The notes beneath the pieces are model-generated. The model was not told the origin of the DNA. It was given only the letters and a program-made list of their open reading frames with translations, and searched no databases. Of a stretch of DNA of 64,000 nucleotides, positions 1-13,500 are shown piece by piece. Every line of letters starts with the position of its first letter. Positions within the stretch are counted from its first letter, which is position 1. The translations under genes and the position numbers were made by a program. Source of the stretch: Phoronis australis (lineage: Eukaryota > Animalia > Phoronida); the NCBI GenBank assembly GCA_002633005.1, contig NMRA01000625.1, forward strand, positions 178,895 to 242,894, read 5' to 3'.

Positions 1-3000
1 CTACTAACTATTCATGTAAAGAGATTGCAATCAAAAGACGAGGCTCAAAAATACATCTATTTGTTTATCTCAAATCGTAAAACAATATTAGGTTATATGC
101 TGCCGTAAATTTAAGATGATAAACGCGTTTTTGAAATTGGAGTCATTTTTGTTCGCGCATGAGGACACTTGAGTAGGCCTACACGCATCAACACATCTCA
201 GTCACTTTGCAGAATCAGATACATGTACAACGAATTCCTCAAGGTCTTGCCTCGTTTTAAATTGGTAGTTTTCTAAGACAATTAAGTCATATGTAAAATT
301 TACAAGATCAAAAGAAAAAATAGGACATACTCTTCTGTCATCACGACCAAGAAATTAAACAGACGTCCCTGCTATTATGGATAAGTTGGCGTTATCCGAA
401 AAGAATTTGTCGCCACACTCTGTCGCGAGGGGTGCCTGACCTAATTAAAATAATTGTAATTACTTCCAGGTACAATAAAGCAACTATCTGTCCCGGAAAT
501 GATCAATTATTGTTCAATATTTCCAATTTACGCACCACAAACATCGCCCAATTAAAACAGTCACCCGCGAGTCGCTATCACCGTTTGCCAACTGCTTTAA
601 TTGAGTAGAACTGACCCGCGCTCTCATATTTATTAAAATTCTGCACAGTGGTTAAATTAAAACCGCCGCAGCGTTGTTAAGTAAAGCCATGGGTTAAGAA
701 CACTTATCTGCATGATAGAACCCACCCAGTTGAATTTCAGCATTGTCAGAGAAATTTAACACTGGTGAACAGTTTTGCACCCGTTGCGAGAACGATTTTC
801 ATATTTACTATGTAATTTATACTCAAGATACATGCCTATCGTTATTTTTCCGTCGAAAACAGGTCAAATGAAATAGAATTATAATTGATAGAACAAGAAT
901 CCAAATATTATTGGGGTATCAATAATTTCATCGTTTTTGGCTGCCATATCGGGACATAACCAGGTTTCACAACAGCACAAGTTGATTTTAAAGACACGAT
1001 ATACATATACATAATGAATTATCATGACCACAAAAGTTGTACCGTTACGTTGAAATGTAATATCGGTCCATAAAACGAGCTCTTTCAAGCGAATTCAGCA
1101 CTTCGTATTCGAGAAGTGCTGACGTGATGTTTGTTACAAGCAGCAATTGCATACTTGAGGAATACCAGTGCGCTTATTCAATCTTTCTTATTTTGGCAGG
1201 TGGTTTTTAACCGATGTACGACACACCTAATTTAAGTATAAAAATTTCAATAATTCCCAATTAGCGACGTCCGCGAATGCGCGTACATATAATCTTGCAC
1301 ATTGAACCAAAACAAACACGTTTAGGTGACACGTGATAGCTGTACGACACGGGGTACCACTTGTTAAGCCAACTGTCCAATCGCAACCAACATACCTTTG
1401 CCGTAAAAGGAATGCTCTAAAATAGATACGACTACGCAAGTTGAAAAGACCAGCCGGTAACCCGAGATACGCCGAGACGTTAATTCGGGACAGCTGGCCT
1501 ATTATTTCAAAAATATGCACACAACACGGTTGACCGTGCTATTCTCTTCTCATCTGACAGTGATGGGTTTTGAAAGGTCTTTCAGTCTTTCACGTGTGCC
1601 TAAAAAGAGGAATCGGGTGTTGAAGCCATCAAAAATGACACAGACGTACACGCGTCGCGAGTAAACAACATGCGCCCAATAGCGGTAGGTATAAGGAAAT
1701 TCCATATGGAAACTACGCCGTGTGGTCCCGAGGGCAGAAGCAGATAAAGGGGATGGCCATGTGTTGATGTGCTGCGATTAAAGCTACAGTATTTAGAGAT
1801 TGAATAATGCTATGTATATACAGTCCGAACTAATAGGTTTTCTTAAAAAATATTTTGCTCAAGTGTTTCGCACATGGGCGCAAACACAAGCATCAAAGGA
1901 TTAAATCGTTTATGAATAGACGTTATTCAAGAAAAACTAAAAAAAAATATACTAAGGTACTATAACACGTGTTGCAGACCTGCTACTATCGTCGCAGGCC
2001 GTCGTTACTTAATTTCATTTTTAATTTAAGTCCCCTCACTCTCAACAAAAAATAATTTCATAAGCTCAAGTAACTTTAAATTTGCGTTCGACTAAAGTGT
2101 CAGCTCGGTTGTGGTTATCATTGTACAAAGAATCACGTACACATGGTGGCCTCAATAATTTCAACCGGCACACTTAAAAAATGTTGCGCGCATTTTAGCC
2201 AAATGAGTATGGCAGCAGTGAAGCTGCGCCTGTCGGATACTTTCGATTAAGAGCATGCGCCCTTATTCCAAAGCGACATTCACCGGTGCATATACATACA
2301 CAGTAAGTGAGAAATACACGCACGATACGTATTTTCATGAAGCAAAGTTGAGTGTTAGCGCGCCCTCAAATTCGTCAGTGGCAACAGTGAAGGAGTATTT
2401 AAGGAACACACTTTCCATGATAAACTGATACCTAAAGTGGTTCTAGTGGCACATGAAACACCAATTTAGTGTTTAAGTAAAAACGAAGTCGAATCTTCAT
2501 AACGGACTGTCTTACATGGAACAAAAAACAATAGCCACTTGCCGGGGTCTACGTGACTAGTTTGATGCCTGTCAAAATGGAGGTAACCTATAAGTGACTT
2601 ATTACTAAGAAAAATCTACTTTTGGAGGTGTCAATTAAAATTCTTTGCAGAATCAGTCAGCGCACTATTTCTGTGTATAAAAGTCTCAGACATTTCCAAA
2701 ACCTTCAAACCGCTCATAAAATAGTCGTGTTTCAAGCAGTCGGCGCACGACTTAAAACCAGACTATAACTCACCCACCTTTGGCCGTCAAAAAACTAATG
2801 ATTTATAGCACTTTAATTGCCACTATAAAACTGGAATCAACGTAATTGTTCCTTCCTCATTTGAGGACTTTGATCGGGCTCCTTCATAATTGACAGTTCC
2901 GGGCAGGCTGGATGTTATGCTCTGTGCATAAAATGACACGCCGTGAAGCCAACTTATCGAGTCTGATCTCACGCAATAACCACCTGCTAGTCCTTGCCAA

Positions 3001-4111
3001 GCCCTCTGATTCGAGTAAGGAACAATTTAAGTCTAGTTTATAGCGCAAAGTGCACTAAATCAAATGTTATTTTGTTGAAGCCAGGTTTATAGCCGCTTTG
3101 AAGCTGCGTTTCGACTCGTTTAGCTACAATCTAAAAAGAAAATCGAATTAGGTCTTTTGCTCCCATAAAATCGGTCCTTTAATATTCAGTTTCCGCAGTC
3201 AACTCACGTCACATGCAAGGTACACATGCGTCGTTACCGAATTAGCAATTTTAGGGTTGGCAAACCAAAATAAACTAAGAAACGTTTTCTCGAGTCGCTG
3301 ATACTTTCGACTGGTAACGAAAATACTGTCACCGTAAGGAATATTATGCGACCGATTTTGACAGTAAAATGCCCGACTCGAGTTTCATTTTTAACCTGCT
3401 TAACAGCACGAAATGCACCTTGAACACTATAAATCACTTGACCCTTCGCAAAAAACACTAAAAATATTCTTTGATATATCCGGTGAGCTAGCGAAATACG
3501 AAAAGCTGTAGAACATTCCACGCATATTACAGTGGGATATTGGAAGATCCGTGTATAAGTACGCATGCTGAAACAACCGTCCCAGTTTTAAATCAAATAA
3601 TTTTGATGTGAACCACATCCATAATTATGGAAGTATTTCAAGAGGAGAAATGTCTTCCTCTCCGAAGTTTCTTAAGCACTTGATTCACTCTTGGGGCTCA
3701 GTCAGGTTAACCCTCCTGAATATTTGATAGTTCTTTCCATGATGACTTCCAGCTTACAGACCAATCAGGTATCCGACCAGTTGATGTCTGGTGTTCAGGG
3801 GAGAAAACTGATTCTCAAAATGCGGGCACGTTATACCAGACTTTTTATTACCTGTAATTCTTATGGTATTTAACATTTCCTCGAAGTAAAATGTTCGAAG
3901 TTTCACTGAGACTGGTACTCCCAATGAAAGGCCATCAACATTTCAACTAAAAAAATTACCCACGCTTCTCTGTTATGAGTACAACCAGGAGCTAGACTTC
4001 ACCATCATCAAACGGTTGTCAAAAGAAGTGATCCACTAGATTCTCAGAGAAGTTGAAAGCAAACTAGAACTGTTATGGATTGTAGAATACTAAATAAAAC
4101 TATAGGAAGCA

Positions 4112-4117
4112 TTTATT
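4112..4117 (-). terminator. Candidate VPS33A polyadenylation signal (AATAAA)
   Basis: Plus-strand tttatt about 450 nt downstream of the stop codon. Confidence 0.4.
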
Positions 4118-4567
4118 TACATCAATAAAATCAAAGATGCAAGAACAATGCAGGACATAAACAATTTATACAAATAACAAGATTGCCTTGAAAAGTAAAC
4201 TATCCACTGTGGTAGTTTCTATAGGAGCAAATCCATGCGTGCATACTGTCAGGAAAATCAAAAACATTTGAGACATCATCTAATTCCATTTAGGTTTATG
4301 TCGCAGCCAAGTCACTTATTCAAAATACTCACTAGACAGGAAGCTTTTGTAATTGCACACAGAGGCAGTGGGTTATCCATCAAGATTTTTTTTCCAAAAT
4401 CGCCTTAAATTAACCTTTCCCGAGTAATTCTGTTTAGCCAAATATATACAAATAGACAACAGTGCACTCTATTTGTCCCAAGTTTCCCATCAAGTGTGAA
4501 CGTGTGTATAAGATGAAAGTTTCAAAATTCTCACTGCAGAAGATCTCCTTCTAAAGTACCGCCCCTC

Positions 4568-7500
4568 TCAGAAGGGGTTGATCGGCTTAGGTTCAAGTTT
4601 ATCACAGAGTCCATTAAGCCAGGACGATCCATTAATGATCTTCGTGGTGGCAATGATGTAGTCTGTTGGACCTGGAATACAAGATGATACAATGATGTAG
4701 TCTGTTGGACCTGGAATACAAAATGATAGAATGATGTAGTCTGTTGGGCCTGTAATACAAGATGATACAATGATGTAGCCTGTTGGACCTGAAATGCAAG
4801 ATAAAACAATGATGTAGTCTGTTAGATTTGGAATACAAGATGACTGCTGCACAATGTTTGTTTTAAATAACGCTTTGTTAAAATGCACTTTTTGACAAAA
4901 GGTGGAATTGTCATTCTACTCAAAAAGTAGCAAACATTCCTACAGACTCATACACTTGAAATAAAACACCATCTTGAAAAAAAATTCTTTCCTTACCTTT
5001 GACAATAGGCTAAAAAATTACAATACACTAGTTTGAAAAGGGCCTACACTACTAATCCTTGTTCTGCCAAGCTAATCATTTTGAGAGCTCTCTTGATATA
5101 AAGAACATCAGGATATTCAAATTGGAATTTTGCAGTAACTGATCACTTGTATTATAAACTTGATCAATAAAACAAGCATAATGATGCAAACTGCTTTCAA
5201 TTGTACATCGATGATAACGATTAAGTAAAAATCAAATATCCAAATGGCATCTAGTGACTCCTCATATTCATCCATCACCACAGTCCACAAATACGCAATA
5301 GACATTGGAACCTTAGTGAGTTTCCACACATTGGGATAATTATTAATCCCCATTTCCGTTATAAGAGTGGATGGATGCTTGTCACACACACCTAGACAGG
5401 ATACTAGTTCATCAGGGAATCGGTATTCCTTTACTCAACACAGTGGACTGACACAACATAGGTGAAGTGCCCAACTCAAGGAGGCGACTGCGGGCCAAAA
5501 ATTAATTCATGGAATCTCTCAAAAATCCACACTAATCACTCAGCCACATAGCCATTGAGATGTAGACATTTAGAAACTTTTTAAAATTTATAACTAATAA
5601 TTTATCTGACTTTTTGTCTTAGGTGAACTTGCGGACCAAACATGGACAAAGCAACTAACCGAAGCCACCTACCGTCTTCTTGTTGAGAGAGAAACCTTAA
5701 TGCAGCAATCTCTGCATACGTGACACCACCAAGGAAGACTACTAGCGTCACCTTCTGGTCACCCATACTAGACATGGAGGAAGTAATAGAACTTCCTGAA
5801 AAATAACAACCAGAATATTACTGTCAATTACAGTTACTGTTAACCCACATCTTGGCACATATTTGCTTTTCCAAACCAACATCATCGATTTCTTACAATT
5901 TAACACACAGCTTGGAATTCCACGGGAAGGCCACATACAGCCTTGGCAACTGAAAGTAACCAACCGCCGTGACAACCAACTTAACAGGCCAGATCTGAAG
6001 CAATAATGATGTGTCAATTCTTCACTAGCCTAAACATCATTTCTGATCTGAGTGAACAACAAGATAACACTAATTTCATAAGAATAAGTGACCTACATCG
6101 AAATTTGTTTTTTGACAAGGTTTACTGCATCCCTTTGCTTAATACCATTTTCATTAAGGAAATCCAAAAAACTAAAAAATGAATTGAAACATGGGGGCCC
6201 CTGTGCTGAAATTTGAAGAAAACTAGTAGACAGAAGAAGTTGACATGGAACATCTTACAGACGTACATAAATACATATCAACAGGTGGCGCTTGCACAAC
6301 TCCTTAACATCAGAAGACCAAACACAACAAACAGAACTGTTGAAGATGTGCAGTAACTTTAAAGGGCCCAATGAGAACATAAAATCTGCAAGGTCATTTA
6401 TTGATGTCTGATCTTCAGGATGTCCTCGCTGGTACAACAAGTTTTCTTGAAAGCATTTTCCTTACGTCTTTTCCGTAGACCCACAGGAATCTTCTGAACC
6501 TCAGATATCGTTGGTCCCGGTAAAAAGGTCAACATCTCAGAAATACTTCTCCAGTTGTTTTTAGCCAGGAGCTGGGCAAGACGAACGCTAATGGGGGCAT
6601 AGCCACTGAACACGTAAGCGACATCTGATGGGTTCTGCAAAATATGCCCATCACACAGAAAGGGATCTGGTAATTCAACTTATCACACTTCACACTAAGT
6701 TTGTGTAATGTACAGTAAAAATACAAAGCCTAGAAAAGTAGTGTAACAGTGGCTTCATTGAACAATATTGAAGAAAATCAGTCACAGTGAAATTAGTTGA
6801 TAGCCCCACACGCAAAATTGAAACATCGTAAAAATTAATCCTAAAAGGAATTTGGAGAATCTTGCATAACACATACATTAGTATCCTTCAGTTTCACGTA
6901 AATCCAATAAGCCATTTCTGAGATATGATGTTCCGAAGTTTGCCATAACTTTCCGTTCAGCAGTGTCCGATCCTCTGCTGTAGGTACTCACCTGTTCATT
7001 CACATCTTCCACAATGAGGTTTAATGTCTTCAGCAACGTTGTGTAGGTTTTATGCACACCCTGTACTCTAAGTAGCCCTGCCTTCTCTAAGTTGACCAAT
7101 GTAATCATATGTTCAAAGCCATAAGTCTGTAAAGAAAACATTACAGTCACAGAACAGTAGTGTCGCTTAGGTTGTGCACACTCTGTACTCTAAGCAACCC
7201 TGCCTTCTTCATACAGACACTGTGCGAATTCACTTGTGCACTCAGATGCCACAGAGTAAAAACCACTCATCAAAAGTTGCAGAAGGTCTGGTACACATTG
7301 CAATAGACATGCGCAGGTCGCTCATTAGGGCCCATGGCACTGATCACATAAACCATTATTATTCTTTATTAATGTATAATTAAAATTAAAACAGAGCTGA
7401 AGAGCTAGAGACCTGAGTCGGTCAAGGCTCTAGCAGTGTGCCTCAGTGGGACTGAAACCCACGACCTTGAGTAAAGGAAGCGGCCACACTTCCTCCTCTA

Positions 7501-10500
7501 AAACCTCTCAAGTTTACAGTCGACATTTTTGTTTAAGATAATGTCGCGTACATGTAACAAAGCTAGTTGTATTTTAATGTACAAGTATGTAAGCTGTAGG
7601 TGTATCCAGGCAACCAGTGATAACATAAACCATTAGTGATACCTCGTCCTTCAACTTGTTTGAGTAATGCTGCTCACCTGAATAATTTCTCTTTTGTAAT
7701 AGTCCAACACCTTTTGTTTAAAGCCAGTATTGCACACACACTGTAGACAGAGCAGCCGTAGCACCTGGCAAGACCATGAAACAAAACAGTAAATTACAAC
7801 CAATGTAAGGATTAGTTTCTGAACACAAAATGCAATAAAGTTTTATCGACTCGACAATCCTTTTACATGATGGACCATGCAAACAGTCAGACATTTGTCT
7901 TTAGAAACTTTTCAGTTTTCAGACTTCGGCAATTCTCAGAAGATTTTAGTTTTTATTTAGTGTATACGTCAAGACCAGGCAAAAAAAATTAATAATTTCA
8001 GACATGACTACTTGAAGCTTAAGCACAATTTTGAACAAAAGTAGCAAAGTTCCAGAGAAAACTATTTCAACCAGTAATCCAAGCATAAATTTTTTTCTTT
8101 TTTTTCAATTCGACAAAACTCTGCAAGTGCAATATCAATTTTACATTGCTTTTTCCTGCAGGAATTCTGTCTGAAAGGAAATTATAGTTAAAAAATGCAT
8201 TATTATAAAGTTTGCTGAAAAATGAGAAGAAAGCCTGTACAAAATAAAGTTTCACCTTTATCAAGGGTTCCTGCCTTGCTATGCAATCTTCTATGAAAGG
8301 ACTGGCTTTATCTGTATCTATTGCATTAATGAATTCTGAAACAAAAACAAGCTTTACAAGCTCAACAGCATATTCACACAAAATGTCTCCAATCTTCAAC
8401 ACATTATTAGGAATAGTGGAGTGACAAATTTTACCACAACTATACGTTACAGTAAAAATTCTTCAGTTTGGTACAAAATATGGTGGACAGGTGAAATTTC
8501 CTTTTGTTAAATTTCTAAACAAAAATAACTTTTCAAGAAATTTCTTTTGCCTTCATCTTGGTTTGTATAGCATAACTATTACCAAATAACAGTTGGTAAC
8601 ATTTTGAGCATTTGCAACAATGTGGTAAGCCTCGGATAGAAATTTGTCAACTTTAGCAATTATTTTGCCCCAAATTGAAATACCATTAACATAAGAACTT
8701 TGAGCATATGCAGCAGCACAGCAGTAAGACTTCAAAGCTATTCCAGAAAGCTTTTGTCCAAATTTGATTTTTACTGCAGGAATCCAACCAACCCGTAGTA
8801 TTCAGTGGCTGAAACTTTTGTCTATCGATTATGATTATTCACTGGACCTTTAGCATCGGCATTCATAAGATATCTTAAACATTCAAGCAACTCTGCAACC
8901 TTTCTAAGTCAGTGATTGAAGCGCAAAGAAGAGGTGAAACTATTCACAATCATGACTCAACAGAGAACCCTATACAATCAGCTACTTCGTCATCCCCGAT
9001 ATTAAATATGGCGCACTTTCAACATAGACGTCCCACATCACATCTGACGCAAACAAGTCAAGATATTTTTGAAATTCATCCTGGTACGGGAATTGGGGAT
9101 AGTTGGGCCTATAAAAGATCTTAAACCCAGCCGCAGAGCGTCTAAAGCCGCGCACCGTACCAGTGACTGCTGGCAATTCATTGGAGACACAACTTTAACA
9201 TCCTTCGCCGCAGAGATAATAACTCTTGGACTGTCTCCGGTGAGTCCATTCATTCTTGAATGATGTTTAGGTAAAAACAATATAGTTTGAATCATAGCAT
9301 CGGCATTCAGAAGATATCTTAAATATTCAAGTACATTAACAATACAGTTTGAATCATAACTTTTACTATGGAAAGTGCTTGGTATAAATGCATGTGGCGA
9401 GCCCATAAAGTTGTACAACACATGCCTTTGAAATAGATAACAACACTACGATAGCATGTCAGTCATACCTTGCTGGCATCTAAGACATTCCATGAAATCT
9501 TCAGAATCTGTCACTTCCTTTATGAGTTCAGCTATTGATGTGTCTGCAATCAAACACGACGCTATCACATATAGATGAAAACCACAGAAAATATACACTT
9601 TGGGTGGGGGGGGGGTAACTAGTCCGTTAGTGGCTTAGAGTTTTGTTGCTGGTTGTAAATCATGCGTGTCATTCACACACAATGGACGTTTTGAGACAAT
9701 GCAAGGTCAGTGAAAGTAGTTCTTTGTGCATCCTGCTCTTAGTCATACAACTGTTCCAGTTGGACTGTGTAACTAAACACAGCTTATCAAAGGATTTATG
9801 GTCCTGGCTGAGAAGACACTCATTTTATTACCCCTGTGCATTCTGAATACCTGAGCCCCACCCAGTGGTCATGGGCACTGTGATACTATCAATTCTCCTA
9901 AAGACACAGCTCTCTCCAGTAAAGATATTTGATTGCTTTTGAAACACATGATGGCACCTACGTGTGGCTAGGGAGGCCTTGGCTGCCTGCATATGAGGAA
10001 GTTTGGAGACAAACTGTTTGATTTCACCCACCGTCTTCGCACTGTGACGCTCCTACAAAATGGATTAACATAAATGTGCAACACCCAATTTATGACATCC
10101 ACATATTAAGGTTTAACAGTATGCGCCTATATTGAAACACTTGTCGTAAAGCATTTTGAGAAAAAACATGCCATTACGAATGCAAGAGCATAGTCCTAAG
10201 TATGCTCATAGACAGTTACTGTAATTAATTGTCGACTTATCAACTTATCATACAAGTTGAAAGCAGGCTATTTATCTCTAAAGACACACTTTGCACACAC
10301 TTTTGTGCATGTTCTCCACACAGCAGTCGATTAACAGTAGGGGGTCATTTCAGACATTTGTCAACTCACTGTTAATTCATAACACAGTGCAAACAAAACT
10401 TCGTGGCATTCCCCTGAGCAATAGATTTAAATGTTTGCAGAACTAAACTTTTCACTTACATCAAACTGGGCAGTAATGAACTTGGCCCGTTTACTCAAAA

Positions 10501-13500
10501 CTGGGCCAACGGCGTTGAAATTTTTGTCCCTTAACTCTGCGTACAATTCCTCGCTTGAATTTAAAATAAACTTTTTGGGCTCCGTCGGAACTTCAGCTGG
10601 CCCGCCTTGATTGTTACTGGACACAAATTTCTCTGCTGGAAGTTTGACGCCATCTATAACAGGAAACAAGTAAATGTGAAACAAATATTAGTCACTTTCA
10701 TAACCTCATTATATTCACGAATATGTATGAGACGAAAGAGCAAATCTTTGTGGAATCTCCACTACACAGGCACACGCATAGTTTTTTTTTTCCAAGCAAA
10801 TTAACAGATAGAATTACAGACAGGATTCAATGCAGATGATTAGCTGTGTTTGTATGAACATGAAATTAAGTACCTCAAAACCCAAACTCATGGAAAACAA
10901 AATTACAACTGACACTAAATAAAATGGAATAATGAAAAGTACCACACATGGCCAGCTTGCATGGATCGTCAATGTGAAAAAATCTCACAATTTTCAAGAA
11001 AAACCTTACTTTAATTTTCCATTAAAATCAGTTACATGTCAACTTACTGTTTTGTATTCCGAAGAGTTCGTCTATCAAACCTTCGTATGTAAGCTGTGAC
11101 AGCAGTGGAGTTAGCAGATCTACGGAGCGATCAAGAATGAGAAGAGAGTCTATCTGTGGCGTGATCTGGGGGTCACACGTACTCCCAGCCAGCTCGCGCC
11201 GCATACGCAGCAGCATGTCCGTCACGTGCTGCAAATAAGAAACATAACATCATTGCTTCAACAGTGTCAAGGTACAGTAGGTCTTTTTACAGACCACAGA
11301 ACTTCCAAACAAGACACCTGTAACATACCACTGCATCATACCAGTACATTTTATGTCTGGCTATCACAATAGGCAGTGTGAAAAGGTAATGCCCATACAT
11401 CTGGAGGGTGGCGAGAGCTGACCAACCACCTCACCAGGTTGATCTACCCACAGCTGTCTCCCAGCCATTCTGGCGTAGCACATTCAAAAAAATATTTATG
11501 AACTACACTATGCTATACTTAAGCATGCTGAATTAATAAAACTGATTTTCTTCCCACAAGAAAAGTATAAAAGTACAAAATAAACAATAATTTCATTTTA
11601 AAAAAGATGGACAACAAACTGGACACTCTCACACAGTAGCATGTTTTGTTATGTGAATGTCCATGCTAAATAAACTAGCTATTACCTTGGCACAGTCACC
11701 TTTGCCATGAATTGAAGGAATGATACCATAGAGTGCTTGAAGAGTCATCAGAGACTTTGCCACTTGATGCATAGATGTGAAGTCATTCTCCACATAACAC
11801 TCCTGAAGAGACAAACATTCAGCTGCCGCACCCTTTATCGATGTGAAGTTAAAACAGAACAATGCCCTAGTCGAAAGGGCCATGCGGTTTTTAACTTCCA
11901 AATCAATGAAGGTTATATTGTGTGGTAAATCAAACTTGTGTGATAATGTGGTTAAAACAAACAGCAGGGGTCCATTTCATGATCGTGGCCTCTTAAAACT
12001 TTTAAGACTTTTTAAGTCTTTTCTGTCTTAAAAGACAGAAATTTCATTTTATGCTCCCACTCCAGAATTGCCGAATAACAGTTTATCCAAGAAAACATGA
12101 GTTCACCACCGCCTAGAAATAAGTTATAAAAATTATCTCAGTAACTAGCAGTCATGTGTACATCTTCAGTGACCTTGCACTTCTGCTCGAGGGAGATTTA
12201 ATTAAGAATTATTAGTTTTAGAAACAGTACTGTTGTGCGGAACGTAAGACCAAATCTCTTTGTTGTGTCATTAAAAGGCTTAAAAGTTACTTTTCAAGAA
12301 ACGGACCCCAGCAATTTTTGTTTGTTCCAAAATCAACCACTTAACTTTACAATTTTAAACAACACAAGTGAGCTCAGAAATATCCGAAGCTTCAGTCATT
12401 AAATACTTGCGTATAATATTACACGAACATGCCATCAGCTAGGATCACAAAATCAGATACACCCCGATAACTATCTTCAGTTGCAGTAAGTGATCTAAAT
12501 CAAAACCATTTGGTCAAAGATGGGTAAATAGCAACGTTTTCAAAGATAAAGACTAATTGGTCCATCTTTAAGCTGCCCATATATTATGCATTTGAAAAAG
12601 TTCTAAGTTAACTAATTCATTGCCAACAGCTACAGAAGTTCTACAATGTTAACTTTGTTTATTCTGCTCCAGGGTAATTACAAAAATACATATTGATAAT
12701 GAAACTTAATATATAAACCAAACAAAAAGTGAATAAAATTCTGCAAGACTACTGTAACAACTTACTCCAAACAAAATGCTTGAGGACCCAATATATCCTT
12801 TATTTTGTGGGTAAAATTTTAAAATAAATGTTGACATATCTATCGGGTTTAAACCATGAAACACGCGAAGGTTTACCCCAGTGCTTTTATCACTGCGCCA
12901 TGGAAAACCGTTTACGTTTTAGACTTCTTATCGGCCAATCAGTTGACAGGTTTGCAGGTCATCATCTGTATTTGAACACTTCAGTTGGGCATATGTAATT
13001 ATTCTACTTATTAAAGTTCAATAGTTAATCAAAATGTGTTATACAAATTTCCAATCTTTATCAAATTAGTACAAAAGTGCCCTGTCCGTGGGACACCTTG
13101 TCATATAGATTTGGATGTACTTGACTGTTTGAAATGCACGGTGACCCATTATAAACATACCAAAGCAACAACATTTGTGTTTAATTGCCAAACCAGCCTC
13201 CCGTTTAGTAACGCTAGGACCTCGCTAAAAAGCAAGACTTCGCGAAATTACGGGAGATATTGCCCTGCATTTTAAATGAGAACACGTGACTTTGACTAGG
13301 TTTTAGCTAGGTCCTAGCGTAGGTCCTAGCGTCTACTGAAAGCATGCCATCCTTGTTACAGACATTTAGTCACGTTACTGACCCTGAATGAGTTCTCCAT
13401 TTCCATTGATAGTAGATCATTGTCAAAGGGAATGAACTCTAGAGCATACTCGTCAACATTCATAAATGTGCCATAGACGCCTAATTCCTGGAATGAAAGT

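Noticed and set aside
879-3873. Short ORFs in the first 4 kb
   Set aside because: No recognisable domains or coherent splice chain.
4651-4843. CRISPR-like array (also considered for 47191-47364, 53427-53594 and 59526-59848)
   Set aside because: Units are contiguous with no unique spacers, there are no cas genes, and the context is eukaryotic.
8791-8810. miR-100-like start AACCCGTAG
   Set aside because: Only 9 nt match and no hairpin.
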